64,000 nt of DNA from Candidatus Heimdallarchaeota archaeon (GCA_018238155.1 JABCTZ010000003.1:64001-128000), one strand, 5' to 3'. Positions 45,405-56,588 are shown, counted from the stretch's first letter. Notes: generated by a model not told the origin, from the letters alone. Numbers and translations are program-made.

Positions 45405-45545
45405 TTAATCAGTACCTGTATTTCCTGGTGGATTTGGATCTATTGTTGGATCTCCAAGTCCTTCCTGGAGTGCCCTACTACCTGCTATTAGAGACGATAG
45501 TAGTAACATAGCAATGCCTATTAATTTCGGATTGATTTTTTTCAC
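45405..45545 (-). CDS. 46-aa secreted peptide (not in ORF track)
   Basis: AAGGTG RBS and GTG start; MKKINPKLIGIAMLLLSSLIAGSRALQEGLGDPTIDPNPPGNTGTD. Confidence 0.6.
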   Translation of the reverse strand: MKKINPKLIGIAMLLLSSLIAGSRALQEGLGDPTIDPNPPGNTGTD

Positions 45546-45919
45546 GTTTTAACACCTTAGTTTTTTTTAGAGTTTTTGCCAAACCTTTCGTTGTGATTAA
45601 TTATTGTTTAAGTGATGTGTTTTGGCAATTTGTGAGTAATTAAACTCTAAGCTTCTAATTGACAAACGCTAAAAATAGTTTTAAGGTTTTAATTCACCTT
45701 CGTTTAAAACGACGAAAATAGCTTTTTAAATCCCTAAGAATCGAAAATAAAGCTCTTAGATAGATGTGTGAAAAAAGCCTTCATTTTTCACTAGGAATTA
45801 GGTCTATACTTTAGATAGTTATTTAAGTAAATGAGCTTACTATTGGAATAATTTGCTTGATTTGCTGATTAATTTTCTACTAATTATAGTGATAATTAAT
45901 TAAATTATGTTGATTTACA

Positions 45920-47698
45920 ATGAGTAATGTTCTCAGAGGGAAAGTACTATATGCAATTGAAATTATAAACGAGATTGCAGAAAAAACTGAGGTTGAAATT
46001 TCTGATAAGCTCAACTCCTTATCAAAGGAAATTGTTCCTTTATTGTCATCTTCCTTGAAGAAACCAATAATTAATAATGAGTTTAAATGGTCTTTCGGGA
46101 AAGTTATTATGGATAATAGACCAAATTTTGGTTTAACTCATACAAAAGAGAAAATTATTATTGCCAAATGGTTATTAGATTTACAGCATAACACAAAAAG
46201 ATATTTGTTCTCTTTATTTCTTATAAAGGAAAGTATCAAACAATTTTTCAAACTAAGCTTTAGCGAAGAAATTGAAGCTATTCTTAATATTATTTCTATT
46301 GTTCTATTAACAGATGCGATAGGAATTAAAACTCTTGATAATCCAATGCTCTCTGCAATAAGAGCTAAAATTTATTCAGAAGAAATTGCCGGCCTAAGTT
46401 ATATGTATTGGGATAATTTACTTATCCTTCTAATATCAAAAGATATTCCATTCACTGAAATTTTCGGTGAATTTTTTTTGCTAGTAAATGATGACTCAAA
46501 ATCTAAGAGCGAGAAAGTTAGACTTTTCTCTCAATGGGTCATTTCAACTACAGTAAAGGCAGAAAATGTTATTTCACCAATTTATACAAATACAAAATTG
46601 ATCGAGCTTATTGAAACTCTTTTTGAACTTGGTTATGAAAAGAGCTCAACTTCTATTATCGCAAAGAAAGATAAATTAACGCAAAAGACAATCACTAAAC
46701 GATTCAAAGCTTTAAATGAAAATTATTCAACCATTTGGGTTCCCTACATAAATTATGAAGAAATGAACCTTCATAATTACTTTGTAAAAATTGCTACCAC
46801 GAAAGATATTTTTGTACCGAAAATAAATTCTCTGCTTGCCAAGATTCCATATTTAAAATCACTTTATAACGGCTTTGATGATGTGTCTCAAATAATCTAT
46901 TCTCCTTCTCTTATCTGCCCTCATATAATTAGTAATCAACTTAGTATGCTCTTGAGGAAACTGAAAAATTCCGGGGCGATTTCTAAGTATACAGTTCAAC
47001 TAGTAAGAGAAAAATATCGTTATTTTACTGTTACGAATTTCCCCTATTCTCCTAAACCAAATCTTTTCAAGAAACTAATCACTCAAGGGGATAAATATTT
47101 AAGAAAATTTACCTTCTCACATGAAAAACGGAGTTCTGTTATCCCGATATCGGATAAACCTGTTATTCTTGATTATAATCTTCTTTACTTTCTTTCGGTT
47201 CTAACTGGCAAATATCTTCTACAAGCGAGATATGCCGTAGCAATTAATGAATTCAAAAAATTCTGTTTAGAAAAAAAAATTCCTTTAACAGATATAAAAT
47301 CTCAAACCGATTTGCTATACCAAAATGAGTTAAGAGCTCTGAGAAAAGGCTTACTGTCTTTCTCTCTATTTATGAGAAATTTCGGTCAATTTAACTCTGA
47401 CGTTTTAGTTTTTGAGCTTCCAGTATTAGATGAAAAAACAAATGGAAAACTTCAAACCATTATTGATAAATTGCGAGTATTCGGTTTTATGGGACAAATA
47501 AATTTATATGACAGGTTTGCTTTTCAAATACCTGGGATTTCTCATCAACACCCAATTCGAAAAATCATTGAAGAAGTATTAACTGAATTGGATTTTTCCC
47601 CTTCTTTTTATACAGTAAAACTGCTTAAATCTAATTTTGTACCATTACATGACTTGTATGATTATGATAATCGGAAATGGAAAATAACAGATATTTAG
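45920..47698 (+). CDS. Large protein with central HTH and Lrp/AsnC-like region, putative regulator
   Basis: STSIIAKKDKLTQKTITKRFKAL HTH followed by PYINYEEMNLHNYFV. Confidence 0.55.
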   Translation: MSNVLRGKVLYAIEIINEIAEKTEVEISDKLNSLSKEIVPLLSSSLKKPIINNEFKWSFGKVIMDNRPNFGLTHTKEKIIIAKWLLDLQHNTKRYLFSLFLIKESIKQFFKLSFSEEIEAILNIISIVLLTDAIGIKTLDNPMLSAIRAKIYSEEIAGLSYMYWDNLLILLISKDIPFTEIFGEFFLLVNDDSKSKSEKVRLFSQWVISTTVKAENVISPIYTNTKLIELIETLFELGYEKSSTSIIAKKDKLTQKTITKRFKALNENYSTIWVPYINYEEMNLHNYFVKIATTKDIFVPKINSLLAKIPYLKSLYNGFDDVSQIIYSPSLICPHIISNQLSMLLRKLKNSGAISKYTVQLVREKYRYFTVTNFPYSPKPNLFKKLITQGDKYLRKFTFSHEKRSSVIPISDKPVILDYNLLYFLSVLTGKYLLQARYAVAINEFKKFCLEKKIPLTDIKSQTDLLYQNELRALRKGLLSFSLFMRNFGQFNSDVLVFELPVLDEKTNGKLQTIIDKLRVFGFMGQINLYDRFAFQIPGISHQHPIRKIIEEVLTELDFSPSFYTVKLLKSNFVPLHDLYDYDNRKWKITDI

Positions 47699-47832
47699 TT
47701 GTTTAATAAGTTTCAATAATGAACGACTATTTTTCATAATTCATTTTCGATTACTGAAGCTGTTTTTATATTGTTGATTGCCATATAAAATCACTACTAA
47801 ATTTAATTACTAATAATCTCAAGTGATGTGCT

Positions 47833-48696
47833 ATGAAAATCGGTTTTGGTTTGGAACCTATTCGAGGGTTATCTATGGATCTTATTGTTCGTCTTATGAA
47901 GATGACGCTTATTCAGCACTTTGAATTTAATTGGCGCATAATTCCTAAAGTGCAGTTGGTTATTAAATCGCTGGGAAGGTCAACTACCACTTTTCATTTG
48001 CCAATTTTCAATAGAGATCGATTTGATTTTTCCACAAAAAGTGATACTTTCGAAGTCCAAATGCAAGAAGTGACTTCGTTTATTAATAGAAGAAAAAAGG
48101 ATATCAATATCTCTTATACTCTTGCTCATTTTCCCGAAGATCCTAAGGGTTCATATGATTTAATGTTTAGCCGGCTCGCACAGATAGATACTCCAATTGT
48201 GCTTGAAAATGTTGTCGGACCAACTGACGATGAGTTTTTAGATTTCTATTTGCAAGCCAAGGATTATTTAGGCAGTCATTTAGCAGGTCATTGTTTAGAT
48301 ATTTCCCATCGTTACATCAATAATTGGAAAACTTGGTTAGATCTTCCCAAAGAATTAGAGAAAGATATTGAATATGTTCACATTTCAGATTGCACAAAAA
48401 CGGAGGATTTACATCTTCCCCTTGGTCTTGGAGAAATGCCATTTAACGTTTTTTTTGATTACCTCAAGAAAATTCGATATAATGGTGTCATTATGCAAGA
48501 ATTAAAACCAAATGGCGATCAAGCAGAAGAGATTATGGCCTCTGGTTTACATTGTGCTAAACCATTTAGTAAAATAAAATATTTTCGGATGTTAATTCGA
48601 CGTGCAATTCTTCGTCCAATTTTGCGATACCGCCAAAAAGATTTCGAAGATTTATTGGATAAAACTGCTGAAGAAATAGGTTTTGATTTTGTTTAA
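47833..48696 (+). CDS. Xylose-isomerase/AP-endonuclease-2-like TIM-barrel protein
   Basis: FHLP, VLEN, CLDISH, VHISD, HLPLGLG and QE metal ligands. Confidence 0.85.
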   Translation: MKIGFGLEPIRGLSMDLIVRLMKMTLIQHFEFNWRIIPKVQLVIKSLGRSTTTFHLPIFNRDRFDFSTKSDTFEVQMQEVTSFINRRKKDINISYTLAHFPEDPKGSYDLMFSRLAQIDTPIVLENVVGPTDDEFLDFYLQAKDYLGSHLAGHCLDISHRYINNWKTWLDLPKELEKDIEYVHISDCTKTEDLHLPLGLGEMPFNVFFDYLKKIRYNGVIMQELKPNGDQAEEIMASGLHCAKPFSKIKYFRMLIRRAILRPILRYRQKDFEDLLDKTAEEIGFDFV

Positions 48697-48812
48697 AATT
48701 TGATTTGAAAACGAATATAAATCATTAACCGAATTAACTCTGTAACTCAATCTAATGAAAAACTAAATGTGATTAAGATTATATTTTACTGATATTTCTT
48801 GGGTGTAAAAAA

Positions 48813-49580
48813 ATGTCAACAGAGAAACAAACTGAAGTTGTTAACAATAATTCTTCTATAATAGTTAAAGTCGAGGATTTACATAAAGCATATTTCTTAG
48901 GTCGAACAGCGATACCTGCTCTTCGTGGTGTAGATTTGGAATTAAAACGTGGAGAGTTTTGTTCCATCATGGGCCCATCTGGTTGTGGGAAAACCACTCT
49001 GTTAAATATCATTGGTGGAATAGACCGTCCTGATAGAGGTATAGTTCAATTTGAAGGCGTTGATCTATCCCATTTATCAGATAATGAGCTAGCTGACTTG
49101 CGTTTAGAAAAAGTTTCTTTTGTATTCCAATTTTATAATCTTCTACCTCTATTAACTGCTGAAGAAAATGTTGAGGTACCTATGGTTTTCCGTGGTGATT
49201 CAAAATCTGCGAGAGAACAAAGAGCGAAAGAACTATTAGCATTAGTCGGTTTGAAAGGTCGAGAAAATCATCTGCCAACTGAATTGTCTGGTGGAGAACA
49301 GCAGAGAGTTTCAATATCTCGAGCAATGGCAAATAATCCTGATTTAATGATTTGTGATGAACCCTCAGGAGATTTGGATTCTGCTTCTGCAAAAGTAGTC
49401 TTGAAACTTCTTTATGATTTAAACAAAGAAATGGGTATGACCATTTTAATGGTTACACATGATCGCAAAACAGCAAAGGTCTGTGATCGTATTCTTCATA
49501 TGTTAGATGGAAAAATCATTCAAGAAGAAACAACTCCTGGTATTGAAGGATCTATTTTAGATGATTCTGTTGAGGAATAG
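48813..49580 (+). CDS. ABC transporter ATPase (LolD/MacB-like)
   Basis: GPSGCGKT, FVFQFYNL, LSGGEQQR, CDEP and VTHD. Confidence 0.95.
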   Translation: MSTEKQTEVVNNNSSIIVKVEDLHKAYFLGRTAIPALRGVDLELKRGEFCSIMGPSGCGKTTLLNIIGGIDRPDRGIVQFEGVDLSHLSDNELADLRLEKVSFVFQFYNLLPLLTAEENVEVPMVFRGDSKSAREQRAKELLALVGLKGRENHLPTELSGGEQQRVSISRAMANNPDLMICDEPSGDLDSASAKVVLKLLYDLNKEMGMTILMVTHDRKTAKVCDRILHMLDGKIIQEETTPGIEGSILDDSVEE

Positions 49581-49591
49581 AGGGGAACTAG

Positions 49592-52333
49592 ATGGTGAAA
49601 CTTCTTTCATACCCGAAATATGCACTGAAATCAATCCGTGCAAAGAAATTCAGGTTCTTCCTTGGAATACTAGCGCTAGCTATTGCAATCGGAATGTTTG
49701 GTGTTTCTAATGTTATTGTAGATGCAATATCTTTGTCATATCTTCCTAGGATTTCAGAACAAACCGGTCAAGTTGATATTCGCGTGGAAAATTACAATAT
49801 AACCGATATTCCGCCAATTTATGATTATGAATCTTTAATTGATGAGATAAACACCATTTCAAAAGTTGCTGGGGCAGCTCCTCGTTATGAATTGCCTGGT
49901 GCTCGCTTTCAAGGAAAGAATAAGAATTTTACCGTGACTTTTTTAGGAATTAATCCTACTCAAGAGAAAGCAATAGGTTTTGGTGACCTTGAATTATCTT
50001 CTGCAGCAGATCTAGGTATCCTTCCTGTTAATCATTGTTGGGTACGTGAGGAAATTGCTCAAGCCTTAGAATTAGAAATTGGTTCACAATATACAATTGA
50101 AATCAGCTTTACCAAGATAAATATTACATTGGATGCTACTTTTGTAAACAAAGGTATGCTCCCTTCTGATAAAGAAAACATGGTTCTGGTTAATATTGAA
50201 ACATTGGAGCCTTTTGTTGGTGGTCCTGGAATTGCTACTGAAATAGTTGCTCAATTTGCTAATCGAGATGAAATCTATGACATCAATAAACCTGATGAAA
50301 CTATCGCCAAAGCAAAAGAGATTGGTGTACTTGTTCAAGACACAATTGGAACAGGTTATCAAGTATATTTACCAATTGCTAGTGCCTTGGAAAATAGAGG
50401 AACAGGATTAGTTTTTCTCCGGATTTTGTTTAATTCCCTTTCAGCTTTAAGTTTGATTGTAAGTGGTTTTCTGATTTTCTCTCTAATGACTGTTAGTGTT
50501 GAAGAAAAGACTCGAGAATTTGCTTTGTATAGAACCATTGGCGCAAAACGAAGACAAATCTTCATCTTGGTTCTTTTTGAAGCAAGTTTTACTTGTTTAA
50601 CGGGATCTGTTATTGGTATTGGTTTTAGCTATTTGCTTGCTTATTTTGTGAAGTTGTTCCTTCAAAGCAGTGACATCGATATTTCCTTCACTCTCTCACC
50701 AATAATGGTACTATATTCTGTACTTCTGGGCATTGGAGTGGCGATACTTGCTTCTCTCTTTCCTGCTTTACGAGCAATGAGAAAGAGTATTATTAGTGGT
50801 TTAAATCCTTTGAAAGCTGATGCACCTGATTTAAAGCTTGTAAGAGATCGAGGTCCTAACAAAACATTGTTTTTAGTAGGTTTTTCAATATCAGTTGCTT
50901 CAGGGCTAATATTTTTATTGATTCCAATCATGACTATTTCTTCTTCAGATACTTTATTTTTCACTATCCTCTTAATGTTGTTCTTTGGCTTTGGTTTTGG
51001 CCTTTCTTTAATTATCGTTGGGGTTATTGAACCCGTAGTTGAAAATTTCTTTTTATTTATCATCAAACCTATTTTCAAAAAGACGAACAAAATCGTTCAT
51101 ATGTTTCTAAAACGAAATCGAAGAAGAAATGCGATAACTGCAATGATGTTTATCATTTCCTTTGGAACAACTATGGTCATTTCAACTACTTTTCTAGTTC
51201 AGGACCAAGGCTTAATTGAGAACATCGGTTCACTAACCGGGTCAGATATCACTCTATTTGATTCTACCTATGATATTAATGGTTCTGAAATAATGGATAC
51301 AATTGTTGAAGAATTCGATGATGTGATTTCAGGTTCATTTAGCACTCTGCCCATTAGCTCTGTTTTGACTGGTTTATGGAGTGTTGCTGGTGATCAGATA
51401 TTCTTTGAATCGTATGGTGTTAGTGTACTAGGTGTGCCGTCTAATTTTATTGAACCACTTTATGATGATTTGATAGTTTATTCAGAAGGAACAGATGCAA
51501 TGTTTGAGGATTTGCAAGAGAATAATACTGTAATAATTAGTACTGCTTTAGCAAAAGAATTAGAACTAGGCATAGGCGATACACTACGACTCAAACTATT
51601 AACTCTAAACCCTGTATTGATTGAATTAGGATATACTCATGATGTATTTCTAGACATTGTTGGAGTAGCATCAAAAATACCTGGGATGACGGGTATTCAT
51701 GAACAAGAACGCTTTGCCTCACGCTCAACTATTCTTATTGGCGAAGATACTTGGTCGTATTTAACCGATTTAGATTTCCAAGATAGTGCCTATAGGATCT
51801 TCTTAGAAACTTCTTCACCAGAGGTAGCTGAAACTGTGGGTCAAGAATTACGAAGAAGATATGAAAGTAATGCTTTGTACGTGCTTATCGAAAAGGAATT
51901 AGTTGACAGAATTGCAGAAGATAATCAAACAAGAGTAATTCTGGTAAATGTTATGATGGTATTTACAATTGTAATTGCTCTATTTGGTGTCTTTGCTTCA
52001 ACATATAGTAATGTTGCTGAATCCCATAAAACCATTGGAATCCTCAAAGCAATTGGCTTGAAAAATCGAGATGTCGATGGAATATTCGTCCTGGAATCAA
52101 CAATTCTTACTGTAAGCTCTTGCGTGTTAGGAGGACTAATGGGATACTTCCTTGGATATTATCTTTACCTTATCGATGCTATAGAACATGAATGGAAAAT
52201 CCCTCTGGTCACTCCACCTTTGATAAGCATTCTTTCTCTTGTTTTTGCTATGTTATTAGCTGGACTTGGAGCATTTATAGCTACTCGAGTCATTTCAAGA
52301 AAATCTGCTAGTGAATTAATTAGAGTAGAGTAG
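49592..52333 (+). CDS. FtsX/MacB-type ABC permease (duplicated)
   Basis: Two FtsX domains (EKTREFALYRTIGA; IGILKAIGL) with large extracellular loops. Confidence 0.9.
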   Translation: MVKLLSYPKYALKSIRAKKFRFFLGILALAIAIGMFGVSNVIVDAISLSYLPRISEQTGQVDIRVENYNITDIPPIYDYESLIDEINTISKVAGAAPRYELPGARFQGKNKNFTVTFLGINPTQEKAIGFGDLELSSAADLGILPVNHCWVREEIAQALELEIGSQYTIEISFTKINITLDATFVNKGMLPSDKENMVLVNIETLEPFVGGPGIATEIVAQFANRDEIYDINKPDETIAKAKEIGVLVQDTIGTGYQVYLPIASALENRGTGLVFLRILFNSLSALSLIVSGFLIFSLMTVSVEEKTREFALYRTIGAKRRQIFILVLFEASFTCLTGSVIGIGFSYLLAYFVKLFLQSSDIDISFTLSPIMVLYSVLLGIGVAILASLFPALRAMRKSIISGLNPLKADAPDLKLVRDRGPNKTLFLVGFSISVASGLIFLLIPIMTISSSDTLFFTILLMLFFGFGFGLSLIIVGVIEPVVENFFLFIIKPIFKKTNKIVHMFLKRNRRRNAITAMMFIISFGTTMVISTTFLVQDQGLIENIGSLTGSDITLFDSTYDINGSEIMDTIVEEFDDVISGSFSTLPISSVLTGLWSVAGDQIFFESYGVSVLGVPSNFIEPLYDDLIVYSEGTDAMFEDLQENNTVIISTALAKELELGIGDTLRLKLLTLNPVLIELGYTHDVFLDIVGVASKIPGMTGIHEQERFASRSTILIGEDTWSYLTDLDFQDSAYRIFLETSSPEVAETVGQELRRRYESNALYVLIEKELVDRIAEDNQTRVILVNVMMVFTIVIALFGVFASTYSNVAESHKTIGILKAIGLKNRDVDGIFVLESTILTVSSCVLGGLMGYFLGYYLYLIDAIEHEWKIPLVTPPLISILSLVFAMLLAGLGAFIATRVISRKSASELIRVE

Positions 52334-52409
52334 GGGAATTCTTTTCTATTTTCTACTGTTTTTTCCCCTATTTCACGAACTCTTAAATAATCTCAAAATT
52401 AATGTTGAA

Positions 52410-53003
52410 ATGAATAAGTACAAGGTATGCTTAATTATGCGATTCCATAAGAAATTAGTTGGGAAAAAATGTTATCTCTCTTCCATTAGCTTGGATGATG
52501 CAGAAAAATGGACTGAATGGTTTAATGATTTAGAAGTTACTATACCACTTGGTGATGAAGCTTATTTACCAACTTCTGTTGACAATCAAAAAGCAACAAT
52601 TGCTGAATTACTAAAAAACAATTCTTATTTCTTCAATATTGTTGTCCTAAAATCAGATGAGCTTATTGGTCGAGTGGGCTTATTTCAGGTTAATAAAACA
52701 GATCGCTGTGCTATGTTTGGTATTGTAATCGGAGAAAAAAATTATTGGAATAAGGGTTATGGACAAGACGCCACTAAATTAATGGTAGATTACGGATTTA
52801 ATCTATTGAATCTACATAATATAATGCTTGGAGTTTTTGCTTACAATATACGCGCCACTAAATGCTACGAAAAAGTCGGTTTTAAAGAAATCGGAAGACG
52901 CCGACAAGCAAGAATCATTGGTGGTAAGAAGTATGATGTAATATTAATGGACATTCTTGCAGATGAATTTACCTCGGTCTATGTTAAAAAGTTGATTGAA
53001 TAA
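52410..53003 (+). CDS. RimJ/RimL-type GNAT acetyltransferase
   Basis: IGEKNYWNKGYG, LNLHNI.L.V...N.RA..CYEKVGF. Confidence 0.92.
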   Translation: MNKYKVCLIMRFHKKLVGKKCYLSSISLDDAEKWTEWFNDLEVTIPLGDEAYLPTSVDNQKATIAELLKNNSYFFNIVVLKSDELIGRVGLFQVNKTDRCAMFGIVIGEKNYWNKGYGQDATKLMVDYGFNLLNLHNIMLGVFAYNIRATKCYEKVGFKEIGRRRQARIIGGKKYDVILMDILADEFTSVYVKKLIE

Positions 53004-53179
53004 TCATTATTGTTTTTAGTAGAAATAAGTCATAGCTTATTCTCTTTCTTTGCCAAATTAATTTATTGATTCACTCTATTATGACATTCGAATGGAATTC
53101 GATTCTCATTTTAATGTTCTTACCTTCTTAAAAAAATGAGCTATATCGTTTCACTATCATTCAACTGAACGTGGTTAGT

Positions 53180-53640
53180 ATGTACAAAAAAACAATTTGA
53201 CTATTATGCTAATTATTTTTGGATGTGGTCTTTTTTTCTTTAGTAATTCTTACAGAGGGAACACAGCTCAAGCAGTTAATCTAAATACTGTTTCAAAACA
53301 GATGATCAATGAATGAGAAATATCAAATCATCTTAACTTTTCCACTTTTTTTGGAGGAAGTAGTGATGATATTGGTCAAAAGATAGCTGTTACCTCTACT
53401 GGAAATATTGTTGTTTCTGGTTATACTACCTCTGGAAACTTTCCAGTAGCTGATGCTTATCAAGACACAAATGCAGGAAGCTATGATATGTATATTACCA
53501 TGTTCAATCTAAATCTAACCCGTCCACCTGAAACACCAAGCACTTCAACAGGTTCTTCAATGATTTTTATTGCACCACTTATAATACCTTTAGTTCTATT
53601 CTTTGGATTTCTATATAATCATCAAAAGAGTCGAAAATAA
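53180..53640 (+). pseudogene. Interrupted surface-protein gene with one SBBP beta-propeller repeat and C-terminal TM anchor
   Basis: Frameshift in an A7 run after ATG; in-frame TGA at 53314; FSTFFGGSSDD...GYTTSGNFPV.DAYQ...G.YD. Confidence 0.7.
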
Positions 53641-53649
53641 TCTTTTTTT

Positions 53650-53669
53650 GAGGTAGAACTATCTACCTC
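53650..53669. terminator. Hairpin between convergent genes
   Basis: GAGGTAGA-ACTA-TCTACCTC flanked by T-rich tracts. Confidence 0.55.
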
Positions 53670-53791
53670 TTCCTTTTCTTTTCTAACCATTAATTTACAA
53701 CTAGCTCTTTTTTCAAACTTAAAATTAATGCTTATAGTTAATAAATAAATAAAAAAATTAAAAAGAAAAATGCTTTTCCAAAAAACCAAAT

Positions 53792-55045
53792 TTAACCTGA
53801 TTTTTTAGAAATTCTTTCTTTTCGTTTTTCTGCTTTAGCAAATCTTTTCTCTTCTTTTTCTTTGCTTCTCTCTTCCAAATATTTTTTATGTTCCTTTGGA
53901 TTGACTATGTATTTTTCACCACTAATTAATCCTATTAACCAGCTTAGGAATGCTAAGAGCAATATCCCATTTGCAAACCCTATTATGAGGAGTACTATTG
54001 GGTAAACAAGCGCTTCATTAACTATTTCATTTCCATCTATTGCATTGGCGATAACTAAAGTTATCACAGTAGCAATGATCCAAAATGTTACAATTGTACT
54101 ATAGAGAACAACTCTGTAGAAGAATCGCTTTTGATAATGTATGAGTTTGTCATTCCCAAAGGTAAACTTGGAAATTCCTTTTTGAAATGTATGATAGACA
54201 TTTTTCATCCATCCCCAAACAATCTTTGGAAAAGTAAAAATTGAAATAAAGAATGCTTTTACTTTCTTCATAAATTTCCCTGCGAAATCTACTTCGCTAA
54301 ATATGACCGCTAAAATGACTATTCCAACACCCAATACAATTAGTATTACTAATGGAACCCAAAAGCTGTCTCCAGAGAAGAAAAAGGTAAAAGCAGCTGC
54401 AATCCCTTTCCCGATGTTCACTAAGATAAATTCCCAGATTACTGTAACAAAAATTGCGTTAAGAATAGCGACAAAGAGTGCCCAGGCAATACTCCATTCG
54501 AAATTAACAAAGAAATTTCTAAATGATAACCAAACTTCGTCCATGAAATCAAATGAAATGAATATTGCAATTACTGCTCCTAATGTTCCCGCAATAAAAT
54601 AAAACATTGGAAGTGATCTTAAGAATCCTACTTCATTGATATATCCTTCTGGTATTGTATCACCATCTTCTATTTCAAATAAAGTACGATCTAAATCTTC
54701 CTTATCGTTTCTAGATAGAAATTTGAATGTATCTCTGATTTTCCAATAAGCGTAAATATATGGAAACATGATGATTTTTATTATTATCCAGAAGAAAAGA
54801 CCTATGCCACGTAAAATTCTCAAAGGATGATAAAATTTCTTTTCTTTGATTTTTTCCTTTCTTTCTCTACGTTTTTGTGCTCGTCCTTGTTGTCGTTTCG
54901 TTCTTTTTTGAGCTCCAGTAAGTTCTTCTGTATCTTTGTTTTTCTCTTCTTTTTGCTCTTTTTTGGCTTTAACTTTCGTTTCTTCCTTCTCCGTCTCATC
55001 ATTTGTCATAATTATTATCTCCTGAGATTTTACAAAAAATATCAA
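53792..55045 (-). CDS. Polytopic membrane protein with charged termini
   Basis: Several TM helices; K/E/R-rich ends. Confidence 0.75.
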   Translation of the reverse strand: MIFFVKSQEIIIMTNDETEKEETKVKAKKEQKEEKNKDTEELTGAQKRTKRQQGRAQKRRERKEKIKEKKFYHPLRILRGIGLFFWIIIKIIMFPYIYAYWKIRDTFKFLSRNDKEDLDRTLFEIEDGDTIPEGYINEVGFLRSLPMFYFIAGTLGAVIAIFISFDFMDEVWLSFRNFFVNFEWSIAWALFVAILNAIFVTVIWEFILVNIGKGIAAAFTFFFSGDSFWVPLVILIVLGVGIVILAVIFSEVDFAGKFMKKVKAFFISIFTFPKIVWGWMKNVYHTFQKGISKFTFGNDKLIHYQKRFFYRVVLYSTIVTFWIIATVITLVIANAIDGNEIVNEALVYPIVLLIIGFANGILLLAFLSWLIGLISGEKYIVNPKEHKKYLEERSKEKEEKRFAKAEKRKERISKKSG

Positions 55046-55473
55046 TTTTTTACGTACAAATTTGCTATTTTTATAGTTGAATTAAAGTTCAAAAAGGTTA
55101 TGTGTTTGATTAGCATAATTTTGTTTTTTTTAAAATCGAGATGAATAGTAATAACCAAATCTCAAAATAATTTTCTTGGAACAATCTTGTATTACACTTT
55201 TTATTCTTGCTTTAGCACTCTTTGTAGACACACTTCTCAATTGTCCTATACTCTGAGCAATCATTTGTTTTTAAAATAGTTCTACATCGTAGTAGCCTTT
55301 CTCGAATTGTTGGTTTTAGTAACGGCAAAAATAATTTCAGCTCTAAGAGGACCAGAAATTCATTTATGTTTCTCTAGCAGTTATGGGTTTTCTTGTTGAA
55401 GAAACGTATTCCCATAATACTAAATAAATAACTAAATATACACCTGACTAAAATCTTTCACAAGGTTAGTACA

Positions 55474-56535
55474 TTGCCTTACAAATCAGAGATATTAATT
55501 ACAAAGAAACAAGTTGATTCCATATTTCTCTCCCGCTTTCCACAAGAAAAAATAGTTGCTATTCAAGAGCTTTCTCAATCATTCATCAATCCTGTTTATA
55601 GTGTTACTCTGAATAATTCACAAGATTATATTTTGAAAATTAATAACCCTCATTGGCCAACCAAACAGAGAAGAGAACTATTTGCTATGGAATTAGCAAG
55701 AAAGAAAACTACTATTCCAATCCCTAAAATTTACCTGTCAAGCTTTGATAAATTATTAATTCCATTTAATTATATGATTCAAGAAAAGCTGCCTGGTAAT
55801 GAATTGAGGGCAAATATTAGCTCACATCTTCACTCTGAGAAAGAATTACTGACCATTATCGAAAAGCTAGGCGCTTATCTAGGAGAATTACATTCAATCA
55901 AATTTGATCTCTTTGGTGACTTCACTCATTTTGATTCTGAAATTATTTCACAAGAAGGATCAAGAAGAGATCTGTTTTGGAATAATCAATTCTCAGATTG
56001 GCGTTCTTGTTTCAAAGCTTTCTGTTATGATAATTTGAATTGGGTGGATACTTCTAGCTTTCCACAATATAGACGAAAAATAATTTCTAAAATTGATTAT
56101 TATTCAAAGAAAGTACACAATGCTGAATCAGCTTGCTTTATTCACTCAGACATTCAACCTTCAAATATATTGATTGATGTAAACAAAATTACCGGTATTA
56201 TTGATTTTGAATGGTCTTTTGCCGGATCTGCTAGTTTTGAGTTTGCTTTGGTGTTAGCCGGAATATGTTTCCGTTCATTTCCTTCTCTAGAACAAAGTTC
56301 GTTCTTGTCTTCTTTTTCCGGATCAAAAACAGGTGATATCAAGAAATACTTTACTAGAGGTTATCGTACTACATCCAAAGAGTCACTATATGAAGAACCT
56401 GAAGATTTAACAAATTTCATTTGGCTTCTATTTATGCTTGGTTCTTGGGATTGGTCTGTAAAATCATCGACAACTGATGAAGTTCATGAACTTGAAAAGA
56501 GCATTCATAAATTGTTTAAACAACTAATTGAATAA
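55474..56535 (+). CDS. Aminoglycoside-phosphotransferase/choline-kinase family protein
   Basis: YILK, IPIPKI, FIHSDIQPSNILI and IIDFEW. Confidence 0.9.
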   Translation: MPYKSEILITKKQVDSIFLSRFPQEKIVAIQELSQSFINPVYSVTLNNSQDYILKINNPHWPTKQRRELFAMELARKKTTIPIPKIYLSSFDKLLIPFNYMIQEKLPGNELRANISSHLHSEKELLTIIEKLGAYLGELHSIKFDLFGDFTHFDSEIISQEGSRRDLFWNNQFSDWRSCFKAFCYDNLNWVDTSSFPQYRRKIISKIDYYSKKVHNAESACFIHSDIQPSNILIDVNKITGIIDFEWSFAGSASFEFALVLAGICFRSFPSLEQSSFLSSFSGSKTGDIKKYFTRGYRTTSKESLYEEPEDLTNFIWLLFMLGSWDWSVKSSTTDEVHELEKSIHKLFKQLIE

Positions 56536-56588
56536 TCTATTTTTTTAACATAACAAATAATTTTATATTCTCTACTATTGATGGGCTA

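Noticed and set aside
45209-45511. 100-aa plus-strand ORF
   Set aside because: Low-complexity AT-rich translation that overlaps the better-supported minus-strand peptide with RBS and signal sequence.
53314-53316. Selenocysteine recoding of the in-frame TGA
   Set aside because: Not a Cys-equivalent redox position, and the gene has other lesions.
55140-55415. Possible degraded gene or IS remnant
   Set aside because: Fragmentary frames with no recognisable motif or terminal repeats.
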